DNA of 64,000 nucleotides, from positions 17,504 through 81,503 of the forward strand of contig JAZSIF010000023.1 of assembly GCA_045533675.1 (NCBI GenBank). The letters run 5' to 3'. The notes beneath the pieces are model-generated. The model was not told the origin of the DNA and ran no database searches. It saw only the letters and a program-made list of their open reading frames with translations. This DNA comes from Eubacteriales bacterium. GTDB taxonomy: Bacteria > Bacillota > Clostridia > Oscillospirales > CAG-272. Positions 47,204 to 56,034 of the stretch are shown one piece after another; position 1 is the stretch's first letter, and each line of letters starts with the position of its first letter. The position numbers were made by a program, and so were the translations under genes.

Positions 47204-48073
47204 TTACACAAATTTTTTCATGCGAATCTTGGCATAGAAGCTCTCTTCCTTGATTCGAATCAGCTTCACTTTTTTATTGGATTTTGTAACCACTACCGTA
47301 TCTCCGAAATAGAGATCGAAGGTTGCTCTACCGTCCAACGTCAGGTGCAACACCTTTTCACGGGTACAGATGTTTTTAATCCGAAGCTCCGCCGTATCGG
47401 GAAAGACCAAGGGTCTTGCCAAAAGCGAATGAGGGCAGATGGGGGTCACGCAGAAGCAGGAAAGCTTCGGATCCACAATAGGTCCGCCTGCCGAGAGAGA
47501 ATACGCGGTAGAGCCCGTGGGAGTCGCGATCAGCAATCCGTCCGCTCTGTACGTATACACCAGCTCTTCGCCGTCCGCCAATTCAAGATCGACGATCCGA
47601 GCGGCAGAACCGTTGGTGATGGCTGCTTCATTGAGAGCGTAGGAAGAAAATTTATTCTGTCCCGAACGGGAACGGACCTCCGCTTGCAGCATGGTCCTCT
47701 CATCGACTCGATACTCGCCCTCAAACACCCGATCCAAAAGATCCAGCTCGTCAATCTCCAACTCGGTCATATATCCGACCCGTCCCATATTGATTCCAAG
47801 AATGGGAATTTCGGAAAGGGCACCTCGGCGGGCAGCATCCAGCATAAAGCCATCTCCTCCGAGAACAATCATCATCTCTGCCTCACGGTCGATCTCCTCG
47901 TGGGTACAGTAGCGAAACTCCGAACGATGATTTTTACTGCGTAAAATCCGCTCCTTATGATTTAGAGGAATCAAGAGTTCCTCTACCTTTCCCATCAAAC
48001 AGTCTACCACTCTCATAGCGGCAGCCAATTTTTCGGGAATGTTATAATTGGTGATCAATGCCACTTTTTTCAT
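47204..48073 (-). CDS. nadK: NAD kinase
   Basis: VLGGDGFML, NMGRVGYM and ATPTGSTAYSLSAGGPI motifs. Confidence 0.93.
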   Translation of the reverse strand: MKKVALITNYNIPEKLAAAMRVVDCLMGKVEELLIPLNHKERILRSKNHRSEFRYCTHEEIDREAEMMIVLGGDGFMLDAARRGALSEIPILGINMGRVGYMTELEIDELDLLDRVFEGEYRVDERTMLQAEVRSRSGQNKFSSYALNEAAITNGSAARIVDLELADGEELVYTYRADGLLIATPTGSTAYSLSAGGPIVDPKLSCFCVTPICPHSLLARPLVFPDTAELRIKNICTREKVLHLTLDGRATFDLYFGDTVVVTKSNKKVKLIRIKEESFYAKIRMKKFV

Positions 48074-48114
48074 GGTTCTTCACCTTTCGTCATTTTTTAA
48101 AATTTATCATAAAT

Positions 48115-48897
48115 TCAAAGCTCGGCAATCCGCCGAAGCATCCGATCTTCAATTCGGGGCACAAGACAGGGCTGCTTTCGAAAATATGCCAGATATTCCC
48201 GATTTCCGTCGCCTCCCTCAATGGGAGATGGAATCACCCCCATACAATCCAACCCCACAGCCATAGCACATTCCAATACTCGCTTGATGGCAAGATATCG
48301 ATAGGCACTGCTTCGAACGATTCCTCCCTTGCCAAGGGCGCTCTTTCCCGCCTCAAACTGGGGTTTAATGAGGCTGACAAGCTCTCCGCCATCTTTAAGT
48401 ACCGAAACAATCCCCGAAATCAGGTAGGTTTGAGAGATAAAGGAAACGTCCATTACGGCAATGTCGCAAAGCCCTTCGGTGACGTCCGCATTCAGCTCTC
48501 TTGCGTTGAAGCGCTCAACCGTTAGCACCCTTGGGTCGTTGCGAAGAGATTCATGAAGCTGTCCGATTCCCGAATCTACCGCAATCACACGCGCGGCACC
48601 TCTTTGCAGCAAACAGTCAGTAAAGCCTCCCGTAGACGCGCCCACATCCACCGCTTTTTTGCGGTTCACATTAATATGGAACGCATTCAATGCCCCCTCC
48701 AGCTTCATACCACCTCGGCTGACATAGCGAAACAGAGGCTCGATCTCTACCTTATGCTCAATTTCTTCATTGACCAATACAGAAGATTTTTTGATGATCT
48801 GCCCGTCAATGGTCACGGCACCTCCGTCGATCAGATCCTGTGCCTTCTTTCGGCTGGGGACATACCCCATTGCCGTCAAATATACGTCTACTCTCAT
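48115..48897 (-). CDS. tlyA: TlyA family rRNA (cytidine-2'-O)-methyltransferase
   Basis: MRVDVYL... S4-like N-terminus and VDVGASTGGFTDC SAM motif. ATG 48897 follows the ispA stop. Confidence 0.88.
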   Translation of the reverse strand: MRVDVYLTAMGYVPSRKKAQDLIDGGAVTIDGQIIKKSSVLVNEEIEHKVEIEPLFRYVSRGGMKLEGALNAFHINVNRKKAVDVGASTGGFTDCLLQRGAARVIAVDSGIGQLHESLRNDPRVLTVERFNARELNADVTEGLCDIAVMDVSFISQTYLISGIVSVLKDGGELVSLIKPQFEAGKSALGKGGIVRSSAYRYLAIKRVLECAMAVGLDCMGVIPSPIEGGDGNREYLAYFRKQPCLVPRIEDRMLRRIAEL

Positions 48898-48906
48898 ATG
48901 TTTCAA

Positions 48907-49806
48907 TCAATTGGTTCGTTTCAAGAGATAGATTGCAAGCTGCTGGAGTATTTCCGAATGATCTCCCTCGGGAAGCTCCATAATCGCCTCCTCTGTCAGG
49001 CGCTCCGCATATACCTTGGCATCCTCCAAGGAGAAATAGCTTAAGAAGGTGGTCTTATGGTTTTCGGTATCCGAGCCAATATTTTTTCCCAGCTCCTCAA
49101 CCGAACCCGTGGCATCCAAAATATCGTCGATTACCTGAAACGCCAAACCGATCTTTTCGGCGTATGCCGTTACCGCTTTGGACTCGGCACTGTAGGGCAT
49201 AAGCCCTGCCGCCAAGGCACCAAGCATTGCCGAGCATTCAATCAGCGCCCCCGTTTTCAGTCGATGGAGACGAAGAAGGGTGTCAAAATCCAGCCGTTCG
49301 GTCTCGCCACGCAGATCAATGATCTGTCCGCCGATCATTCCCATATCTCCTGCCTTTTCGGAAAGGAGACGAACCGCTTCGGCAGAAACAGCTCGGTCAA
49401 CGTGTGGATTCGCCGCCGCCACGCCAAAAGCACGGGTCAGGAGCGCATCGCCTGCCAACAGAGCATTGGCATAACCGAAGACCTTATGATTGGTTGGCTT
49501 TCCTCGACGGAGATCGTCATCGTCCATACAGGGCAGATCATCATGGATCAGCGAATAGGTATGGATCATTTCCACGGCGCAGGCAAAGGGCATGGATGCC
49601 TTCTCTTCTCCGCCCAGCATTCGGCAAATCTCATTGACAAGGAATGGACGGATGCGCTTCCCCCCCGCCATCAGCGAGTAGACCTGCGCATCCAGAATGA
49701 TCTGCAAATCCTTGTCCTTTATTTGAAAATATTCTGCCAATGCCTTTTCGGTACGATGGGCATTCTCTGCCATCCGTTCCTGTAGTATCTCTTTTTTGTT
49801 TTTCAT
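48907..49806 (-). CDS. ispA: Polyprenyl (farnesyl/geranylgeranyl) diphosphate synthase
   Basis: First and second Asp-rich motifs LIHDDLPCMDDDDLRRG and FQVIDDILD. ATG 49806 follows GGGGGAA. Confidence 0.9.
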   Translation of the reverse strand: MKNKKEILQERMAENAHRTEKALAEYFQIKDKDLQIILDAQVYSLMAGGKRIRPFLVNEICRMLGGEEKASMPFACAVEMIHTYSLIHDDLPCMDDDDLRRGKPTNHKVFGYANALLAGDALLTRAFGVAAANPHVDRAVSAEAVRLLSEKAGDMGMIGGQIIDLRGETERLDFDTLLRLHRLKTGALIECSAMLGALAAGLMPYSAESKAVTAYAEKIGLAFQVIDDILDATGSVEELGKNIGSDTENHKTTFLSYFSLEDAKVYAERLTEEAIMELPEGDHSEILQQLAIYLLKRTN

Positions 49807-49816
49807 GATTTCCCCC

Positions 49817-50056
49817 TTATTCGGGCTGAAATTCCTCTTCCGCAATTTCCCCATCGGGAGTCATTTTCAGCATGTTTATCTTTCGTTCCGCCTCGGTAAG
49901 CTTTCCTTGGCAAATTGCCACCAAACGGACCCCCTCCTCATATAAGCGCAGGGCATCCTCTAAGTCGGTATTTTCCCGATCCAGAGCGGCGACCACCGTT
50001 TCAAGGCGTTCCAGCGCTTCGGCAAGCTTCATAGACTCTTCTTTTTTATTTGTCAT
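49817..50056 (-). CDS. xseB: Exodeoxyribonuclease VII small subunit
   Basis: 79-aa helical ORF (LEEALERLE-type N-terminus). It overlaps the xseA stop. Confidence 0.85.
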   Translation of the reverse strand: MTNKKEESMKLAEALERLETVVAALDRENTDLEDALRLYEEGVRLVAICQGKLTEAERKINMLKMTPDGEIAEEEFQPE

Positions 50057-51278
50057 GGCTTCCTCCGTGATGTTTCAATGTTTTTGACAAAATATTCGCT
50101 TGTGCCTTGCCGTCGTGCATCAAAAGCGTTACCGTCTCTCCCTCGAAGAGATCGGTAGCGCGGGAAATGATGTTCCCATCCCCATTCTGCACAGCTGAAT
50201 ATCCTCGCTCCAAAACCGCCAAAGGATTCAGCGCGTTCAACCGCTCTAAAGCAGTGGCAAGTATCCCTTTGTCCCGCTCCAATACCTGTACCATATTCCG
50301 ATCAAGAAGCTCCGCTTCGTGGCGAAGCTTTTCCTCCATACGGGAGAGCTTTCCTTCGGGAGACAGAAACAAAAGGCTTTTCTCATACCTTTTGATTTTT
50401 TCCGCGCAATGCTCGATGTGGGAACGCAGGCGAAGCGACATTTGTCCGTTCTTCTCCCGCACGTAACCAAGAAGCGCTCGTCGGTCTGGCACTGCCAACT
50501 CAGCGGCAGCCGAGGGTGTGGGAGCTCGTCGGTCGGCGACAAAATCGCAAAGTGTAAAATCGGTCTCATGTCCAACGGCAGAGATCACCGGAATCCTTGA
50601 TGTGGCAACCGCGCGAACAACCTGCTCATCGTTGAATGCCCAAAGATCCTCGATAGAGCCACCTCCCCGTCCGAGAATGATCACATCACATCCTCCGTAG
50701 GCATTTAAAAATTCAAGACCCGCACACAGAGATGCGGGAGCATCCGCGCCTTGCACAAGAGAGGGATAAATCAAGATATTGGCGGCGGGATAGCGCCGTC
50801 CCGTGATATTGAGAATATCCCGCAGAGCCGCTCCCGAGGAAGCGGTAATGACGCCCACACGCTCGGGAAAGGCGGGCAAGGGCTTTTTTCTCGATTCCTC
50901 GAAAAGTCCCTCTGCCTCCAATTTTTTCTTCAGTCGCTCCAGCTCCATATAAAGGGCGCCCACACCGTCTGCCAGCATGGTGCGAACGTAGACCTGATAG
51001 CGCCCGCTCTTTTCATATACGTCGATGTTTCCGTATACCACCACTCGCATTCCATTGGCGGGACGGAAATTCATCCGAGAGGCGTCTCCGCGAAACATGA
51101 CAGCGGCGATCTCAGCCCCCTGATCCTTCAAGGTGAAATACATATGCCCACTGGGATGGGGCTTAAAGTTGGAGATCTCCCCCCGAATGGCAACCGAGGA
51201 AAGAACCTCGTCCGCGCCAAGAAGCGCTTTGATATATCGGTTGACATCAGTCACCGTCAGAGCTTGCGCTTGATTCAT
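50046..51278 (-). CDS. xseA: Exodeoxyribonuclease VII large subunit
   Basis: MNQAQALTVTDVNRYIK...GEISNFKPHPSGHMYFTLKD, an OB-fold N-terminus. ATGA overlap with the upstream gene. Confidence 0.92.
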   Translation of the reverse strand: MNQAQALTVTDVNRYIKALLGADEVLSSVAIRGEISNFKPHPSGHMYFTLKDQGAEIAAVMFRGDASRMNFRPANGMRVVVYGNIDVYEKSGRYQVYVRTMLADGVGALYMELERLKKKLEAEGLFEESRKKPLPAFPERVGVITASSGAALRDILNITGRRYPAANILIYPSLVQGADAPASLCAGLEFLNAYGGCDVIILGRGGGSIEDLWAFNDEQVVRAVATSRIPVISAVGHETDFTLCDFVADRRAPTPSAAAELAVPDRRALLGYVREKNGQMSLRLRSHIEHCAEKIKRYEKSLLFLSPEGKLSRMEEKLRHEAELLDRNMVQVLERDKGILATALERLNALNPLAVLERGYSAVQNGDGNIISRATDLFEGETVTLLMHDGKAQANILSKTLKHHGGSHDK

Positions 51279-52234
51279 ACTTCCTCCAAAAAAAGATGCC
51301 TTTTTCTGCACAACAGAGCAATTCCCGCAGCGCTATCTGCCGAAAAATCCGGCTCGGAAAATGCGGCGTCAAATTGCTCGGAGAGTGTCTTTCTCATCCA
51401 TCGGTTGGACATCACGCCACCCGCAAAGAGCACAGGCATATCGCCGTATCGCGCAATCGCCTGCTTCCCCATTTCCGTAAGCGTGCGACAGAGAAAATCA
51501 AACACGAACGCCGCCACCTCTTCCTTTGGTCTTCCTTTGGAGATCATCCGCAGAGCAAGATTCTCCACTCCAGAAAGACTGCAACGGCAATCCCTCACCG
51601 TAATCGCATGCTTGATTGGCTTTCCCTGATATGCCAACGCGAGAGCCTCAAGCTCCCTGCCGCAAGGAAAGGAAAGGCCTAAGGAAACTCCCACTCGGTC
51701 AATGGCTTGCCCCGCATTAATATCCTGTGTCTCCCCTACAAGTTCCACGTCAAAGGAAGTCCCCTTCGGTTCGCAAAGGAGAACCTCGGTGGTTCCACCC
51801 GATACGTGGAAGGCAAGAAACCGTTCCTCAGCCAGAGACTCCCTGCCTGAGGAATACAGTGCCGCCATGACGTGACCGTTCTGATGAGAAAAAGCGTAAA
51901 GAGGAATATCCCTTGCCGCCGCGAATGCGGATGCAGCAGCCTTTCCCGAAAGGAAGCAAGGCATATACGATCCCTCCGCGTCTCGGGGAGTCGCGGAGAC
52001 ACCAACCGCCACGGGACGATAGTCCCCTTCTCTCAAAACAGAACGAAGCTCCTCGGTCAGTGTGGGCAAATTTCTCACGTGTTCAAACACCGCGTCCGAC
52101 TGGCGAAGTCCCTTTTGTCCTGTCTTCACAGGAAGCGGCCTTTTCAGATTGGCAACCACACGTCCCTCTCTGTCGCATACGGCAACCGAGGTGGTGTAAT
52201 TGCTGGTATCAAAGCCCACATAACAATCGGTCAT
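51275..52234 (-). CDS. Kae1/TsaD-like (glycoprotease/ASKHA) family protein, divergent paralog
   Basis: GFDTSNYTTSVAV, SHQNGHV (HxxxH-like), HVSGGTTE and FAGGVMSN motifs. Confidence 0.7.
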   Translation of the reverse strand: MTDCYVGFDTSNYTTSVAVCDREGRVVANLKRPLPVKTGQKGLRQSDAVFEHVRNLPTLTEELRSVLREGDYRPVAVGVSATPRDAEGSYMPCFLSGKAAASAFAAARDIPLYAFSHQNGHVMAALYSSGRESLAEERFLAFHVSGGTTEVLLCEPKGTSFDVELVGETQDINAGQAIDRVGVSLGLSFPCGRELEALALAYQGKPIKHAITVRDCRCSLSGVENLALRMISKGRPKEEVAAFVFDFLCRTLTEMGKQAIARYGDMPVLFAGGVMSNRWMRKTLSEQFDAAFSEPDFSADSAAGIALLCRKRHLFLEEV

Positions 52235-52659
52235 TTCTTCTCTTTTCCCTCGGCGACCAGTTCGTCCTTCACCGCATTCAACACACCGTTCACAAAGGAA
52301 CGGGCGCGAGGCTCGTCAAATTTTTTGGTCAGCTCGACGGCTTCGTTGATGCTTACGCTGAAAGGAATCTCTTCCTCGTACAGCATCTCATATACACCAA
52401 GGCGAAGAACCGAACGGGAAAGCTTCGAAAGACGAGAGGTCTTCCACCCCTTGGCATGCTTTCCGATGACCCGGTCAATGGTTTCCCGATTCTCGAAAAT
52501 TTTATAATATGCGTCCTTGATATAAGAATCCTCGGGAATCATACGGTCCTCCGATGAGGTGGCATAGATTTCCCGATAATCTTCATCGGTGCGAAATTCG
52601 CTCTCAAATAGCAAGGTCAACAGGATCTCTCTCGCTTCTCTTCTGCTTAAATTGCTCAT
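52231..52659 (-). CDS. nusB: Transcription antitermination factor NusB
   Basis: RREAREILLTLLFESEF...RLSKLSRSVLRLGVYEMLY...FVNGVLNAV. Confidence 0.93.
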   Translation of the reverse strand: MSNLSRREAREILLTLLFESEFRTDEDYREIYATSSEDRMIPEDSYIKDAYYKIFENRETIDRVIGKHAKGWKTSRLSKLSRSVLRLGVYEMLYEEEIPFSVSINEAVELTKKFDEPRARSFVNGVLNAVKDELVAEGKEKK

Positions 52660-52755
52660 TGTTTATCCCGGCGCGGTGCATTCCGCGCGCCTTCCTTTCT
52701 GCTTATAAATATTCTCACAGCAAGATAGAAGACATAATCATCCATCATATCTTAT

Positions 52756-52784
52756 ATTATATATCCATACCCTTCAAATGTCAA
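52756..52784 (-). promoter_or_regulatory. Consensus promoter for the nusB operon
   Basis: Minus strand: TTGACA (52784-52779), 17 nt, TATAAT (52761-52756). Upstream are phased A-tracts (aaaaaatattc, two copies). Confidence 0.6.
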
Positions 52785-52889
52785 GAAAGGAATGAATATT
52801 TTTTGAATATTTTTTCATTTTGCAAGAAACTATTATTCAGAGAAGAATGGATGGTACTACATAAAGAATTTATGGAAGAATTTTATTTA

Positions 52890-52921
52890 TGAAAAAGAAG
52901 GCGAGCCTCACGCTCGCCTTC
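52890..52921 (-). terminator. Terminator of the SPFH-RHH operon
   Basis: Minus strand: gaaggcgagc-gtgag-gctcgccttc followed by tttttc. Confidence 0.85.
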
Positions 52922-52965
52922 CTTACTATTAAAACCGTCCGTCTCATTAGGATGCGTTCCTTTTT

Positions 52966-53151
52966 TTACTTTTCTTCCTCCGAGGAAGAAATTTTCTTTT
53001 TTCTTCGCTTGCGGACGCAATCGGTCAGGAGATATTCAATCTGTCCGTTGACCGATCGAAACTCATCCTCCGCCCATGCGGCAAGGGCATCGTAAAGCTC
53101 CTCCGACAACCGCAAGGGGATCTGCTTTTTTCTTCCGTTTTCCGCCATCAA
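52966..53151 (-). CDS. Arc/MetJ-type ribbon-helix-helix DNA-binding protein
   Basis: 61 aa. [35 protein letters not shown] is an RHH pattern, followed by a basic then acidic tail. ATGA overlap with the SPFH gene stop. Confidence 0.75.
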   Translation of the reverse strand: MMAENGRKKQIPLRLSEELYDALAAWAEDEFRSVNGQIEYLLTDCVRKRRKKKISSSEEEK

Positions 53152-54161
53152 TACAGGCTTCCCGAGTTCACGACAGGCTGAGCGTCACGGTTTCCGCAAA
53201 GCACCACCAAGAGGTTAGAGACCATTGCCGCCTTTCTCTCCTCATCTAACTGAACCAGATCCTTTTCATTCAATTTTTCCAAAGCCATTTCTACCATGCC
53301 CACAGCACCGTCCACGATCATGCGGCGAGCATCAATGATGGCAGATGCCTGCTGACGTTGTAGCATGACTGCCGCAATCTCGGTAGCGTATGCCAAATTG
53401 GTAATCCTCGCTTCGAGAATCTCGATTCCCGCCTCGCTGACTCTCGCCTGGATCTCTTCTCGGATCCTTCCCGCCACGATCTCCGAGGAGCCACGCAGGC
53501 TGCCGTCATCCGCAACGCCGTCTCCTGTAGTATCCACGTTGGGAGCTACATCATAGGGATAAAGACGAACAATGTTGCGCAGAGCGCTGTCACATTGCAA
53601 AGACAGGTACTCCTTAAAATTGTCTACGTTAAATACCGCCTTTGCGGTATCCACGATCCGCCAGGTCACGGCAATACCGATCTCCACGGGATTTCCGAGA
53701 CAATCGTTGATTTTTTGCTTGTTGTTACTGAGAGTCATAACCTTCAAGGACAGTCTCTTATCTACGGTCTGCGTATTCATTCCCCGTATGGAAGACTGAA
53801 CCTCGGTGGTCACGTCTCCGCTTTGATTGAGCTTTGTCTTTGCGGCGGGATTTACCGCTGTACAGAAAGGATTGACAAAGAAAAAGCCATCTCCCTTCAA
53901 GGTTCCTACGTACTTGCCAAACAGAGTCAGCACCAGCGCCTCCTGAGGTTTTAGCACCTTAAAGCCTGGGAGAAGGATCCAACAAAGGCAAAGATACGCA
54001 ACACAAATAACAAAAACAACTAAACTCCAAACGTCGCCCATTCCGCTATCCAATTCCATAGAACCGCCGATCACTCCAATGACAGATAGAACCAGAAACA
54101 AAGCGAATAAAATTAAAACGAGCATTCCGTTCTTTCTTTTTGACAAAATTTTTTCCTGCAT
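53148..54161 (-). CDS. SPFH (band 7/stomatin-prohibitin-flotillin) domain membrane protein
   Basis: 337 aa. Two N-terminal TM spans, then an SPFH-like core ([12 protein letters not shown]...[13 protein letters not shown]...) and an Ala/Gln-rich helical C-terminus. Confidence 0.8.
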   Translation of the reverse strand: MQEKILSKRKNGMLVLILFALFLVLSVIGVIGGSMELDSGMGDVWSLVVFVICVAYLCLCWILLPGFKVLKPQEALVLTLFGKYVGTLKGDGFFFVNPFCTAVNPAAKTKLNQSGDVTTEVQSSIRGMNTQTVDKRLSLKVMTLSNNKQKINDCLGNPVEIGIAVTWRIVDTAKAVFNVDNFKEYLSLQCDSALRNIVRLYPYDVAPNVDTTGDGVADDGSLRGSSEIVAGRIREEIQARVSEAGIEILEARITNLAYATEIAAVMLQRQQASAIIDARRMIVDGAVGMVEMALEKLNEKDLVQLDEERKAAMVSNLLVVLCGNRDAQPVVNSGSLY

Positions 54162-54181
54162 ACAGCAAACTCTCCTTGTAT

Positions 54182-54223
54182 ATTTGATATCATAATGATA
54201 TCAAATTAAAGGAGATTTGTCAA
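54182..54223 (-). promoter_or_regulatory. SPFH operon promoter overlapped by a perfect 25-bp palindrome (candidate RHH operator)
   Basis: Minus strand: TTGACA (54223-54218), 17 nt, TATCAT (54200-54195). The palindrome ATTTGATATCAT-A-ATGATATCAAAT at 54182-54206 covers the -10 and +1. Confidence 0.6.
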
Positions 54224-54379
54224 GTGTTTTTTTGAAATTTTCGAAACAAAATTATATTTTTCTCTGTTTACAAACTTTTTTTCTAAAGCTAAATTCCTCT
54301 TTTCTGTACGAAACGAATACGACTTTTTAGGGCAGCTTGCATAATTTTTTTGAAAAATCAAAAAGATTATTAAATACTC

Positions 54380-54408
54380 TTTACAAAATTTTTTAAATGT
54401 GGTATACT
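54380..54408 (+). promoter_or_regulatory. Promoter for hpf
   Basis: TTTACA (54380-54385), 17 nt, TGgTATACT (-10 at 54403-54408). Confidence 0.55.
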
Positions 54409-54456
54409 AACTGTGAGGATATTTTCCTCGGTATTATCTCTCAAGGAGGAAAGAAC

Positions 54457-54981
54457 ATGAAGGTTACCATTGTAGGCAGACAAATGAACGTGTGGGATGA
54501 AATGAAGGCCACCATCGAAGCAAAGCTGGGGAAGCTTGACAAGTATTTTGACGATGCGTGCACCGCCACGGTCACGCTCAGCTCCAAAAAGAATGAGAAA
54601 TGTCTTGAAATCACCATTCTTTCCTCGGGCACCATCTTCCGCAGTGAGATTCGGGCGGAGACCTTCCGCAACGCGTTGGACCGTACCGTGGATAATATAG
54701 AGCGTCAGATCCGCAAAAATAAAACCAGACTTGCCAAGCGTCTGCGTAGCGGCGCCTTTGATCAAGGTATGTTTGAGACAGGCGAGGAGATTGAGGAGGA
54801 TCCCGAATTTACCATCCGCCGCAAGAGCTTTACCCTAAAGCCTATGTCGGCTGAAGAAGCCATCATGCAGATGAATCTTCTCGAACATGAATTTTTCGTA
54901 TTCCGAGACGACAAGGACGAAAAGGTCTGCGTAGTCTACAAGAGACATGATAACTCCTACGGTTTGATCGAAGAGGAATAA
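54457..54981 (+). CDS. hpf: Ribosome hibernation promoting factor, long form
   Basis: MKVTIVGRQMNV... N-domain plus C-terminal dimerisation domain (KPMSAEEAIMQMNLLEHEFFVFRD). SD AAGGAGG. Confidence 0.92.
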   Translation: MKVTIVGRQMNVWDEMKATIEAKLGKLDKYFDDACTATVTLSSKKNEKCLEITILSSGTIFRSEIRAETFRNALDRTVDNIERQIRKNKTRLAKRLRSGAFDQGMFETGEEIEEDPEFTIRRKSFTLKPMSAEEAIMQMNLLEHEFFVFRDDKDEKVCVVYKRHDNSYGLIEEE

Positions 54982-54989
54982 GAGATTTC

Positions 54990-55018
54990 GGGCGGTTGCT
55001 TCGGCAACCGCCCTTTTT
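54990..55018 (+). terminator. hpf terminator
   Basis: gggcggttgc-ttcg-gcaaccgccc followed by ttttt. Confidence 0.9.
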
Positions 55019-55021
55019 GTC

Positions 55022-55050
55022 TTGACAAGGGAAAGAGATTTGAGTATAAT
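55022..55050 (+). promoter_or_regulatory. Consensus promoter for flavodoxin-like gene
   Basis: TTGACA (55022-55027), 17 nt, TATAAT (55045-55050). Confidence 0.6.
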
Positions 55051-55081
55051 AATAGCAACGAGAAAAAAGGAGTGACCATCC

Positions 55082-55597
55082 GTGAAAATTTTGATCTTAT
55101 ACGCCTCCCGCGGAGGTGCGACCCGTGAATGTGCCGAGCTATTGCGAGATAAGCTTTCCATTCATTTTTCGCCCGTTTTGGTGAATGCCGAGGAGGCTCT
55201 TCCCTCCCCCTCCGACTTTGACGCGGTGATTTTGGGAAGTCCCATTCGCATGGGAAGAATGAATAAAAAAATCAAAAGCTACATCAAAACACACATGGAA
55301 AAACTATCCGAAATGCCTACTGCAGTCTTTTTCTGCTGCGGCTATCCCCGTCAGTTTCAGGAATACGTGGATATCCAGCTTCCAAAAGAGCTTGTCTGCT
55401 CTCTCGGGCACCATTGCTTCGGCGGTGAGTTAAAACCCGAAAAGCTCAAGAGTTTCGACAAATGGGTGGTTCGTATGTTGCGTAGCTCCATTAAAGGTCA
55501 GGATTTCGAGGAATCGGATGCGGATCATCACGATCTGCCCGAGTTAATTCCCGAAAACATCAATCTTTTGGTAGAAAAAATCGAAAAGCTTGGCTGA
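55082..55597 (+). CDS. Flavodoxin-like domain protein (HemG/Flavodoxin_5-like)
   Basis: (M)KILILYASRGGATRECAELL... is a flavodoxin-type N-terminus. GTG start, 9 nt after AAGGAG. Confidence 0.7.
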   Translation: MKILILYASRGGATRECAELLRDKLSIHFSPVLVNAEEALPSPSDFDAVILGSPIRMGRMNKKIKSYIKTHMEKLSEMPTAVFFCCGYPRQFQEYVDIQLPKELVCSLGHHCFGGELKPEKLKSFDKWVVRMLRSSIKGQDFEESDADHHDLPELIPENINLLVEKIEKLG

Positions 55598-55669
55598 GTT
55601 TCGTGTGAAATGACAAAATCCTTTGACTTTTTTTGTGCATATTTGTCCAAGATATTGCCAATAATTTTC

Positions 55670-55698
55670 TTGACAAAATTCGGAATTTGTGATATGAT
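55670..55698 (+). promoter_or_regulatory. Promoter for tRNA-Lys
   Basis: TTGACA (55670-55675), 17 nt, TATGAT (55693-55698). Confidence 0.6.
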
Positions 55699-55717
55699 AT
55701 TAAGGTAGCGCAAAACC

Positions 55718-55793
55718 GACCCGCTAGCTCAGACGGTAGAGCACTTGACTTTTAATCAAGGGGTCCGGAGTTCGAGTCTCCGGCGGGTCACCA
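55718..55793 (+). tRNA. tRNA-Lys (anticodon UUU), CCA encoded
   Basis: Acceptor gacccgc/gcgggtc, D arm gctc/gagc, anticodon stem cttga/tcaag with loop ctTTTaa, and T arm cggag-ttcgagt-ctccg. Confidence 0.92.
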
Positions 55794-55796
55794 CGA

Positions 55797-55835
55797 AAAG
55801 AGCAAGAATTTTAAAAAAATTCCTTGCTCTTTTTC
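55797..55835 (+). terminator. Terminator after tRNA-Lys
   Basis: aagagcaagaatt...aattccttgctctt (one bulge) followed by tttt. Confidence 0.7.
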
Positions 55836-55852
55836 TGTATCTGTGGTATAAT
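55824..55852 (+). promoter_or_regulatory. Promoter of the mgtE leader
   Basis: TTGCTC (55824-55829), 17 nt, TGgTATAAT (-10 at 55847-55852). Confidence 0.5.
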
Positions 55853-55881
55853 AAATGAAGAAAACAACAGGAGGTGACGAA

Positions 55882-55986
55882 ATGAGTACCGATCATCCGT
55901 GTGATAACCCTCGATTATGCCCTAAAAATTTGATACATAAGGAAAGGTGCGCAAGATTCCACCTCTTTTTTGGTATACTTCCATAA
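55882..55986 (+). CDS. Candidate 34-codon leader peptide of mgtE
   Basis: AGGAGG lies 7 nt before ATG 55882. Peptide MSTDHPCDNPRLCPKNLIHKERCARFHLFFGILP. It is too short for the ORF track. Confidence 0.4.
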   Translation: MSTDHPCDNPRLCPKNLIHKERCARFHLFFGILP

Positions 55987-56006
55987 AATACCGTGAAAGA
56001 ACTCTT

Positions 56007-56034
56007 CTCCTTTCCTTTGGAAAGGAGTTTTTTT
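56007..56034 (+). terminator. Leader terminator that also sequesters the mgtE SD
   Basis: Perfect 9-bp stem ctcctttcc-ttt-ggaaaggag, then 7 T, then ATG 56035. The right arm contains AAGGAG. Confidence 0.75.

Noticed and set aside
55860-56034. M-box (ykoK-type) Mg2+ riboswitch upstream of mgtE
   Set aside because: The gene context suggests one, and short pieces look similar (GGAGGTGA, GCCCTAAAAAT, ACATAAGG). However, their spacing does not fit the M-box architecture as I remember it, and the CAGUGCUAAAGCUC-type 3' core is missing. I reported the region as a uORF/terminator leader instead. An Infernal scan should decide.
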